Below, one piece after another: positions 1 through 8,000 of a stretch of DNA of 24,244 bases. Within the stretch, counting starts at the first letter, position 1. Each line of letters begins with the position of its first letter. The position numbers and the translations under genes were made by a program. Under the pieces are notes generated by a model. That model saw only the letters and a program-made list of their open reading frames with translations. It searched no databases and was not told the origin of the DNA. Origin of the DNA: Candidatus Heimdallarchaeota archaeon (GTDB lineage Archaea > Asgardarchaeota > Heimdallarchaeia > Hodarchaeales > Hodarchaeaceae); contig CP070695.1 of the NCBI GenBank assembly GCA_020353515.1, positions 126,890 through 151,133 on the forward strand. Reading direction: 5' to 3'.

Positions 1-2
1 CT

Positions 3-230
3 GGAAAAAGAGAGAGTTCTCCTACCCCCAGAAGTGACATTGCCCTTTGGATTGAATATTCAATTGGTGATACACAGTTAGCTCATCAAATTTATAATAC
101 CGTAAGTCATACTCTTGGCGATAAAACTCTAGAGGCTGGTTCTAGATTTACGCAATTAACAATTAAATCTGCTGTATTAAAATTAATTAAATCAAGGCTA
201 AATTTGTTTTCTGATGGAGAATTTGTGTGA
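3..230 (+). CDS. 3' end of a gene truncated by the window edge; hypothetical protein, weakly DUF5752-like
   Basis: Frame 3 is open from the window start to TGA at 228-230 (GKRESSPTPRSDIALWIEYSIGDTQLAHQIYNTV...FSDGEFV*). SDIALWIEYSIGDTQLAHQI resembles the NDFxxWxxxxxGDxxLAxxI pattern. Not in the supplied ORF track. Confidence 0.7.
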   Translation, partial: GKRESSPTPRSDIALWIEYSIGDTQLAHQIYNTVSHTLGDKTLEAGSRFTQLTIKSAVLKLIKSRLNLFSDGEFV

Positions 231-244
231 ATTTAAAAAATGAT

Positions 245-592
245 TCACGATTGATAAGGCACCCCTGAGGGAGCCATTCTCAAATTAAAAGCCTTTTTGA
301 CCAAGTAAAAGGAACGTTTGAAAGATCCTAACCATTTGTCCATATGATTTTCCCTATAATGTTTATAGCCTAAAAATAGGTAAAAATTCTTTCTCTCATC
401 TTTTGGAGCAATAACTTCTATTCGGTTCACATCAAAAATGACAATCTCTTCAACAACCCGCATGAGAGAGCTCCCGATCCTGTTTCTTTGATATTGATTA
501 TTTACTGCGACACTAATAACGAAAGCATGATGTTCTTGAATCATAAAAACCACACCCCCAAGTATCTCCCCATGTTCAGCTTTTGCGATCAA
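245..592 (-). CDS. GNAT family N-acetyltransferase; true N-terminus probably extends upstream
   Basis: Motif A-like VISVAVNNQYQRNRIGSSLM and motif B-like KNFYLFLGYK. The frame stays open upstream to 760 with no ATG/GTG/TTG. Confidence 0.8.
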   Translation of the reverse strand: MIAKAEHGEILGGVVFMIQEHHAFVISVAVNNQYQRNRIGSSLMRVVEEIVIFDVNRIEVIAPKDERKNFYLFLGYKHYRENHMDKWLGSFKRSFYLVKKAFNLRMAPSGVPYQS

Positions 593-851
593 ACAGAGAT
601 GATTTTTTTTCAGTCCATGATAGAAATTTGGAATATCAAACTGTGAGAAAATCTTTGTCAGCTGATGAAAATCACTTTCAGAACCTAAATTGCCTATACT
701 GTACTTAGGAATTTGCTTTATCTTTAAAATCTCCCAGCGAATTGTTCCGATTATATTCCACTAGACGTTTGGGAATTTGTTTTAAATACCTTAACAATCT
801 AAGCAATATTGAACTTTATTTTAAATTTTAGATTTGTTAGAAGGTTGTTTT

Positions 852-1421
852 ATGGAAACAATTTATTTCGAAAAAACAGGACGCATAAATACACTTGAAA
901 CATTAAAGTGTGCATTATCGGCTGCAAAAGAAATGAAGATTGACACAATTGTTGTCGCGAGTACTGGTGGAGCATCAGCTCTTGAAGCAATTAAAATCTT
1001 TGATGAATCATACCAATTAGTTATCGTTACTCACCATGACGGTTTTAGAGACATTGGTAACGAGTTTCCAACACACATTAAGGAGGAAATCCTTCAGAAA
1101 CGCCCAACTACTATCTTTCACACTGGAACTCATGCTTTCGCGGGACTGGAGCGGAGTTTTCGTTTGCACCAGCAAACAATGTTACCTATCGAAATGATTG
1201 CCATTACCATCCGTAAATGTTTTGGAGAAGGGACAAAAGTAACCATGGAAATGACAATTATGGTCTCGGATGCAGGCCTTATTGATACAACCAAAGATAT
1301 CATCAGCATTGCCGGAACAGGTAGAGGACTTGACACTGCTTGGATTGTGAAGCCATCATATTCAAATAGCCTATTTGATTTGAAAATGAAGGTACCTATA
1401 TGTAAACCCAGGAATTTTTAA
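852..1421 (+). CDS. Pyruvate kinase C-terminal (alpha/beta) domain-like protein, MTH1675/COG1751 family
   Basis: YFEKTGRINT, IVVASTGG, VIVTHH, THAFAGLERS, FGEGTKV and IAGTGRGLDTA motifs. ATG at 852 preferred over TTG at 834. Confidence 0.88.
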   Translation: METIYFEKTGRINTLETLKCALSAAKEMKIDTIVVASTGGASALEAIKIFDESYQLVIVTHHDGFRDIGNEFPTHIKEEILQKRPTTIFHTGTHAFAGLERSFRLHQQTMLPIEMIAITIRKCFGEGTKVTMEMTIMVSDAGLIDTTKDIISIAGTGRGLDTAWIVKPSYSNSLFDLKMKVPICKPRNF

Positions 1422-1520
1422 TCAAAAAATCATTCTGGTTAATCTTTTACGGTTATGATCAAGAAAAATTGGTAAATTTGAAAGCTCATTCGGAATTTTC
1501 TGATTATCCTTTTGATGACT

Positions 1521-1619
1521 AAAAAAAGAAAGGGAGGGACTTTCCTTTAAAAAATTAATCCAGGTTGAAAGTTTGTTTTAGCGAATTCGTTTTTTTCATT
1601 GTTTCATCTTTCCTTTCAT
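1521..1619 (-). pseudogene. Internally deleted relic of a paralog of the adjacent beta-helix gene (start region fused to C-terminal tail and terminator)
   Basis: Minus strand reads ATGAAAGGAaaGATGAAA, matching ATGAAAGGAttGATGAAA at the start of 1687..2868. It continues AAAAACGAATTCGCTAAAACAAACTTT (KNEFAKTNF), matching GAGAATGAATTCGATACATCAAATTTT (ENEFDTSNF), then a colinear copy of the 3' UTR and T-run. Confidence 0.7.
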
Positions 1620-1640
1620 TTTCAGATCATTGGAGTCATT

Positions 1641-1670
1641 AAAAAAAAAAGGAGGAGGAAATTTCCCTTT
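1641..1670 (-). terminator. Pyrimidine-rich tract plus T10 terminator of the beta-helix gene
   Basis: Minus strand aaagggaaatttcctcctcc-T10 lies about 17 nt after the stop at 1687. A degenerate copy is at 1521-1548. Confidence 0.6.
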
Positions 1671-1686
1671 GAAGAACTAATAGTAG

Positions 1687-2868
1687 TCAAAAATTTGATG
1701 TATCGAATTCATTCTCTCGCCAAATATTGCCTTCGCCAGTGCCATCCCAGAACAAATCGTATTCCCCGCTATTTTCGACTTCATTGTCAATTATGCGATT
1801 ATCAGAGGAATCAAATACTAGTGCAATCCCATATTGAGTAGAATCTTCAATTTCGTTTTCTTGAACTCTACTGTCTGAAACATAATATAGATAGACTCCT
1901 ATGAAGCATTGGCTAATGTCGTTTTCTTTAATTTTGGCATTATCTAAAAAAAATGTCGCAATTCCAAAAAAGCCCTGAACGAAAGAATTATCTCTGATAA
2001 TTATTTGTGAATTAGTTATTCCACCAATGGAAATCCCACGGACACACTCTGTGTAAGTATTCTCTTTGATAATTATTTCTGAACTAGTTACATAACTAAT
2101 GGGAGTCCCAACGTAACATTGAGTGAATGTGTTCTTTTTAATAATTATTTTTGAATTAGTTAATACATAAAACTCAGATCCAAAATATACATACTCAAAA
2201 TCACAGTTCTGAACTAAATGGATACCACCTTCACTGAATTCCACAAGACACGGATATAGTACATTGAACCCTGGGAATGGATCTACTAAAGCCCCCTTTA
2301 TCCTCAAACTATTGAGTTCAGTATTATAGTTTGTTTCTGTAAAACAAAAGAAGTTACATAAAGCTGTTAACTCTGGCTCAAACCATGGTAAGGTATATGG
2401 ATCACAAAGATTAGGTTCAATAACCTGTGCTGTGAGATCTGTTACTTGAATATCTCCATTAGGTTGATAAAACCAAACCAAAGCAGGTATCCAAAGGTCA
2501 TAATTAGGATCGTAAGCTAGTGTAAATCCTTGACCTTCAGGCCCTCTCACAGCTTCAATAGTTGTTTCATCTTTGCCTTGCCCTTTGAATGTTCCATGGA
2601 AATTCTCAATAGTAAGTGATCGACTGGAGTAAAAATGGCCCTCAGTAAGAACCACAGTGCCACCAGCAGCAACAGCAAGAAGCGCATCTTCGATGTTGTC
2701 GGCATCAGTCACATCTGTTGTATCTCCAGAAGGAGATACATAGATAACATCGTTTGAATTGGTACTTCCCGTTTCAAATGTGATTAGTCCCATAATAGTC
2801 GCTATTGCAAATATTATGAGTATAAGACTAGTTTTTGTGCTAGTTTTTGTGCTTTCTTCATCTTTCAT
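1687..2868 (-). CDS. Secreted or membrane-anchored right-handed parallel beta-helix protein (NosD/pectin-lyase-like)
   Basis: N-terminal hydrophobic segment, then IYVSPSGD...DADNIEDAL...GGTVVLTEGHF, then repeated IxxNxF / GIxL / NxIxDN coils. The ATG at 2868 follows a GAAAGGA SD. The extension to 2964 reads through the upstream terminator, so it is unlikely to be real. Confidence 0.85.
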   Translation of the reverse strand: MKDEESTKTSTKTSLILIIFAIATIMGLITFETGSTNSNDVIYVSPSGDTTDVTDADNIEDALLAVAAGGTVVLTEGHFYSSRSLTIENFHGTFKGQGKDETTIEAVRGPEGQGFTLAYDPNYDLWIPALVWFYQPNGDIQVTDLTAQVIEPNLCDPYTLPWFEPELTALCNFFCFTETNYNTELNSLRIKGALVDPFPGFNVLYPCLVEFSEGGIHLVQNCDFEYVYFGSEFYVLTNSKIIIKKNTFTQCYVGTPISYVTSSEIIIKENTYTECVRGISIGGITNSQIIIRDNSFVQGFFGIATFFLDNAKIKENDISQCFIGVYLYYVSDSRVQENEIEDSTQYGIALVFDSSDNRIIDNEVENSGEYDLFWDGTGEGNIWRENEFDTSNF

Positions 2869-2899
2869 CAATCCTTTCATAATAAAATAATTGAAGGTT

Positions 2900-2938
2900 A
2901 AAAAAAAAAAGAGAAGATCTCTTGGCCTTAACCAAGAG
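2900..2938 (-). terminator. Hairpin plus poly-T intrinsic terminator
   Basis: ctcttgg-N6-ccaagag stem at 2919-2938, followed on the minus strand by a T run of about 11, just downstream of the 2966..3502 stop. Confidence 0.7.
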
Positions 2939-2965
2939 TCATTTCTATTACCCCTTTGATTCATA

Positions 2966-3502
2966 TCAGTTTATTCTAAACGTGCCAGGAGCATAGTGAG
3001 GAGCTCCAAATGGGTACCATTCAATAATGCCACTCATGTGCACACTTCGACCCAACCAATCTGAGCAGTCGTCATTAGTCTCAGTTACAACGCCGTTCAT
3101 CCTATATTTACTGTTTTTAAGAGAAACTGTTCCTTCATCTGTCCCCAATAGGACTACATTACCGTGTTCAAAGTCCTGAGTAACGAAATCAAACGTTACC
3201 CAGTCATAGATGGCCCAAATTTCACCAAAAAATACTACATTTCCTCTGACATCTGTGTCAAATGGTTTTCCTGTTCCAATACAGAAGAATACCATACCAT
3301 ATTCTTCACTTATACCATCACCATCAGTATCCAAGGTGATGGTTCCTATCCAATCAGGTATTTCTGCTTGGTATCCAGGCCAAAGCAGGTTATATTCCAA
3401 ACTCATTGTACCTATAAGAGGTTTTTTTGCACTTCCTGATATTGCTGGCAAGAGCATCAGAATGAAAACAGATAGAACCAGAACGGATAACTTTTTTCTC
3501 AT
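2966..3502 (-). CDS. Secreted hypothetical protein, beta-rich
   Basis: Classical signal peptide MRKKLSVLVLSVFILMLLPAISGSA, one DTDGDG loop, GGAGG SD upstream. No family recognised. Confidence 0.8.
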   Translation of the reverse strand: MRKKLSVLVLSVFILMLLPAISGSAKKPLIGTMSLEYNLLWPGYQAEIPDWIGTITLDTDGDGISEEYGMVFFCIGTGKPFDTDVRGNVVFFGEIWAIYDWVTFDFVTQDFEHGNVVLLGTDEGTVSLKNSKYRMNGVVTETNDDCSDWLGRSVHMSGIIEWYPFGAPHYAPGTFRIN

Positions 3503-3528
3503 TCTTCAATTTTCCTCCAATTTTCGGT

Positions 3529-3640
3529 TATTAAGATATAAGAAAACATTATATCTTAATAGTTAATATTATAAATCAATGATATTTATAAGTTTTACGA
3601 TGGTAATATTATGTAATAATAACATATATTATTTTACGAA
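3529..3640. promoter_or_regulatory. Divergent promoter region with two perfect inverted repeats and an imperfect ~40-bp direct repeat
   Basis: tattaagatataa-N7-ttatatcttaata (3529-3561); ttataaat-N7-atttataa (3569-3591); taatattat...ttttacga at 3564-3600 and again at 3604-3639. Confidence 0.65.
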
Positions 3641-3663
3641 TAATAAGATTTGAAAGGAAAAAC

Positions 3664-4209
3664 TTGGTGTACATGTTGTCTAGCGAAAATACAAAGCATA
3701 AAAAATTCCCAATTCGGGTGGATCTCGATAGAGAGGATACGGAAATGTTTCAAAGCATTCAAGAGGAATTTAAATTAAAGAATAAAGCTGAAGTACTACG
3801 CTTTTGTGTTAATAAAGTCTATCATGGAATGACATTAGAACTCGATGAGGATTTATACAATGAAATCCATAAAATAATTTCTAGTCGCCATATCAAAATA
3901 CGCTACGCCATAACAAATATTGATGATTTCATTAAGCGGGCAACAAGTGAGTTTTTGACAACTTTAAAAAAGGAATGGAGTTTGAAGAACTGGAGTATGC
4001 GACAAACTCTTTCTCAAGAAGAAAATGATACTGCTGTTGCTTTAATCGAATTACAATTACAAAAAGTACCAGGAGTGACAATAGAGGATCTTGTGGAATA
4101 CTTGAAAATAGATCCAAAAATTATTCGTGAACATCTTGAAAAATTCATGGAAGATGCACTTCTCGATTTTAGGGAGTCACAAGGGAAGATTTATTATTAT
4201 GCACATTAA
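3664..4209 (+). CDS. DNA-binding protein: two ribbon-helix-helix-like segments plus a C-terminal winged helix-turn-helix
   Basis: FPIRVDLDRED...NKAEVLRFCV (RHH); MTLELDEDLY...NIDDFIKRAT (second RHH-like); GVTIEDLVEYLKIDPKIIREHLEKFMEDALLDFRESQGKIYYY (wHTH). Start is TTG 3664 or ATG 3673. Confidence 0.75.
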   Translation: MVYMLSSENTKHKKFPIRVDLDREDTEMFQSIQEEFKLKNKAEVLRFCVNKVYHGMTLELDEDLYNEIHKIISSRHIKIRYAITNIDDFIKRATSEFLTTLKKEWSLKNWSMRQTLSQEENDTAVALIELQLQKVPGVTIEDLVEYLKIDPKIIREHLEKFMEDALLDFRESQGKIYYYAH

Positions 4210-4232
4210 TGATGAGGGGGTGGATTTAAATA

Positions 4233-4982
4233 ATGGATAAAATTCTTGTTCACAGTTATAAGGGAGGAACGGGTAAAACTACGGTAGCTGTGAATATAGC
4301 AAGTTTATTGTCTCTAAAAAGTCAGGTTCTACTTGTAGAAAATGATTTTATGATGCCCTCCTTTTTTGATATCTTTCATCGTGAACCTAAGGCTTATTTC
4401 AATGATTATCTCAATGAATCTGTCAATTTTGATAGTATTATTGAACATGCAGTTAAACCAAATTTAGATGTGGTTTTTACAAATAATAAATTCGATCCAA
4501 ATGAGAAAGTCATGAGCTCTGATCAAGAATGGTTTCTCTCTATACTAAAACAGATGATAGCAGACTTTAACGCCCTCGAAAAGAACTACGACTATATTAT
4601 TTTCGATACACCTCCAGGATGGCACTTAATCGTAGTAAATCTGATTGCTTTGTCAAATAAAGCGATTCTATTACTCCGTCCAGACTCTTACGAAGTGAAT
4701 GGCACCAAAATAATGCTTGAGATTCTTTACAAGAGAGCCAAACCGATAAGCAGTTGGGAGGTTTATGTCCTATTTAACCAAGTTCCAGAAGTAGAGATGA
4801 ATGTTGATCTCGAAAATTGGGCGGGAGAATTGCAAAAGGAGGGGATGAAATACGTTGGATCCATTTCCTGTTCTTGCAATATAGCTTATGAGATGGCTCA
4901 CAAAACGAAGATTTTTCCAATGGAGCACGAATTCAGCAAAGCCTTGCAAAGAGCAATGAATATATTTTTAAGAACTGATTAA
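4233..4982 (+). CDS. ParA/MinD family deviant Walker A ATPase
   Basis: HSYKGGTGKTT Walker A, LLVENDF switch I, YDYIIFDTPPG Walker B, LFNQVP. Upstream GAGGGGGTG SD; 23 nt after the upstream gene. Confidence 0.92.
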   Translation: MDKILVHSYKGGTGKTTVAVNIASLLSLKSQVLLVENDFMMPSFFDIFHREPKAYFNDYLNESVNFDSIIEHAVKPNLDVVFTNNKFDPNEKVMSSDQEWFLSILKQMIADFNALEKNYDYIIFDTPPGWHLIVVNLIALSNKAILLLRPDSYEVNGTKIMLEILYKRAKPISSWEVYVLFNQVPEVEMNVDLENWAGELQKEGMKYVGSISCSCNIAYEMAHKTKIFPMEHEFSKALQRAMNIFLRTD

Positions 4983-5006
4983 AAAAAAACTATCAACCAA
5001 TTTTTC

Positions 5007-8000
5007 TTAAGATTCATTCTCTTCATCCTTAACTATCTGTTGAACCTTACGTAAATAGCTCTGTATAATTTTTATTTGTTCCTCTTGTGAAAGTGTTTTT
5101 TCTTCTTTTAAAAGGTGAAACACTCTTTGTTTATGTTGCAGAAACGCCTCGAACTCAGAATCAACTTTATTCAGATAAATAGTTAATCCTGCTGTTGCAG
5201 CTGTTGTTGAACAGAGCGATAACCACTCTTCAACTTCTTCAAATTGAAAAGAAGCAATGGCAATTCTTGCATGGAGTAAATAGGCCTCACACATCATATC
5301 AAAGAATTGGTGGTTTTCCGAAGCCTTTTGCCACTCCATTAACCGAGATTTCATTCTTTCTTTAATAGGATCTACTGGATTAATAAGCCAATTCCTAAAT
5401 TCAGATCTCACTAAAGCTCCCTCACAAAGTAACTGATATTCTACTCCTAATCCTTCCGTTTGAAGAGCAGCTATCCATAATTTCTCTGCAGCTTCCCATC
5501 TTTTTTCTGTTTCAGCGATCAGAGCTTGAACCATCTGATTAAATGCATTAACAATAGAAAGTCTATAAGGTTGTTCTGGAAATCGTTCAAGGATGGAGCT
5601 TTTAGCAGTTAAAGGCTGATTTTCTTTTTTTACCCAGACTATCTTAAATACGGTTTCAGCAATTAATGAAGGATTATCAAGACGTTCAAAAATAGTCAGG
5701 GCCTGATCATAGTGTTTGAAGGCTTCACTAAAATTCCCTTGAAAATATACTGAATTACCCAGACTTATTAACTTTTTAGCATCTTCTCCTGCTCGAAGAA
5801 AAGCAGTATAATCTTTGTAATTGGATTTACGTATTTTCAAGGCTGTTGGATAATCAGGTGCCTTAAAGTGAGTTATTAATGCTTTCTGAGTTCTTCTTCT
5901 AGAATTCATATAGATAAGAATACCTAAAACCGTTATAATGAGAAGAATCATTATTCTGATGGCGAAGGAAGCACTGAAGGCAAAATGAGGGCTACTCCAG
6001 AAATCTCGGGGATTACTTCCTCCGTTAAATTCATCGAAATTATTCACCCAATCGCCATCTGGATCATCAGTGGCATCAGACTCGTTTCTAGGATTAAAAC
6101 TATAAGAATTATCTGTATATTTGAATTCCCACCAATCAGGCATACCATCCAAATCACTATCAGTCTGATTGGCCCAACTCCCAAACTGATACTCTTGTAG
6201 ATTGTTTAAACTATCGTTGTCTTTATCAAAAGCAGCATCATTAATCCAGGGATTCAATCCCATCTGATACTCATAATATGCAGGTAAACCATCCATATCG
6301 TTATCACTATTAGGATTACTAATTGTAGGGTCTAAACCTCCCAAATATTCCCAACCATCTGGTAAACTGTCACCATCAGAGTCATAATTGAGAGGGTCAG
6401 TTTTTTGAAAAAATTCTAAACAATTGATTAGTCCATCATTATCATTATCCTTGAACTTATCGAAAAAAACTGTTGGATTTAATCCATATTGAAGTTCCCA
6501 ACTATCCCTCATTCCGTCAACATCAGTATCAAACTGTATTGAATCAACAGGCCACAGTTGAATAGTGCGATTGATGTTCCCTGAGGCTAGGAGTTTTCCA
6601 TCAGGGGAAAAGATGATTGATTGGATACCATCAGATTTCCCTATCAAAATCTGAATTAAAGCTCCTGTCGTCGCGTTCCAGAGCTTGATGGAACCATCTG
6701 CAGCTGCTGAAGCAAGAAGTGACCCATTTGGAGAAAATGTAACAGACCTCACACTTGTTTCATGGCCTATAAGATCACGCCACATAGCTTCTCCTTTGTC
6801 AATACTCCAAAGTTTTAATGAACCATCTACGCCACCTGAAGCAAGTAATGACCCATTTGGAGAATAAACAACTGACTTTACGGGAGAAATATGTCCTGAG
6901 AGCTCTTTCGAGGTGCCAGAATCGAGATTCCAAAGTGTAATATTGGTATCAGCACTACTACCTGCTGCAAGGAGTGATCCATTTGGAGAAAATACGACTG
7001 ACTCTACTGAAGAAACATACCCTAGAAGGCCTTTCCAAGTTCTAGTATTAATATTCCAAAGTTTAATGGTGCCATCAGCACATCCTGAGGCTAAGATTGT
7101 ATTATTTGGAGAAAAAGAGACTGTTAAAACATCTTCTAGATGCCCTGGTGTGACTTGACTCACATTTCCTGTCTTCATATTCCAAAGTCTGATTGTGTTA
7201 TCTGCACTTCCTGAGGCGAGGAGGGTTCCATTAGGTGAGAAAGTGACTGTTAAGACATCATCAGTATGTCCAGTCAAGTTTTGAGTCACTCGTCCAGTAC
7301 TCACATTCCAAAGCTTGATTGTATTGTCCGCACTACCCGAAGCAAGCGTTCCGTTAAGGGAAAAATCGACTGACATCACACCTTCTTCATGTCCTAAGAG
7401 AGTCTGGATTTCATCCTCAAAAACCACGTTCCATAGTCTAATGACACCATCAGCACCTCCCGAGGCGAGGATTGTCCCATCAGGTGAAAAAGTAACTGAA
7501 AACACAGCCCCTCCTGGTTCTATTAGATCTAATAATGATTCTCCTCCACCAAAAGTTGCATTCCATAGGTGAATAACCCCATTTTCTGAGCTTGAAGCGA
7601 TAACTTTTCTAATTGGCGAGAAAGCAAGTGAAAATATTTGTTCTTCTGACTCTGTTAGAACTGATGGGTGCGTTCCTTCAGCAGTTATGTCCCAAAGTGT
7701 AATGACACCTACAGCACTTCCCGAAGCGAGGAAAGTTCCATCAGGCGAGAAGACAACTGATACTACATCATCTGTTGACTCAGTCAAGTCTAGTAGCCTT
7801 TTTCCACTTGTGGAATTCCAGAGGTAAATAGTTCCATCTCCACCACCCGAGGCAAGAATTTTCCTGTTCGGTGAAACAGCAACTGAAAAGACGGGAGTGG
7901 GGTGTTCTAGCAAAAATGGCCATTCTTCTCCACTAGTAACATTCCACAGCTTAATGGTAGTATCTAAACTCCCTGAGATGAGGGTAGCCCCATCTGAAGA

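Noticed and set aside
228-283. TGA stop plus downstream hairpin as selenocysteine recoding/SECIS
   Set aside because: Read-through would hit TAA two codons later, there is no redox-motif context, and the hairpin does not fit the AUGA/GA kink-turn SECIS pattern.
2828-2853. 12-bp tandem duplication (STKT twice)
   Set aside because: It is real but trivial in-frame slippage in a signal-peptide n-region.
2869-2964. N-terminal extension of the beta-helix ORF
   Set aside because: It translates the upstream hairpin and poly-T terminator (LLFFFL); the SD supports the ATG at 2868.
3164-3566. Plus-strand ORFs 3164..3439 and 3210..3566
   Set aside because: They overlap antisense a gene with a clear signal peptide and SD, and show no recognisable motifs.
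4210-4260. ATGATGA as a C/D-box sRNA C box
   Set aside because: There is no suitably placed CTGA D box, and the sequence doubles as the stop/SD region of the operon.
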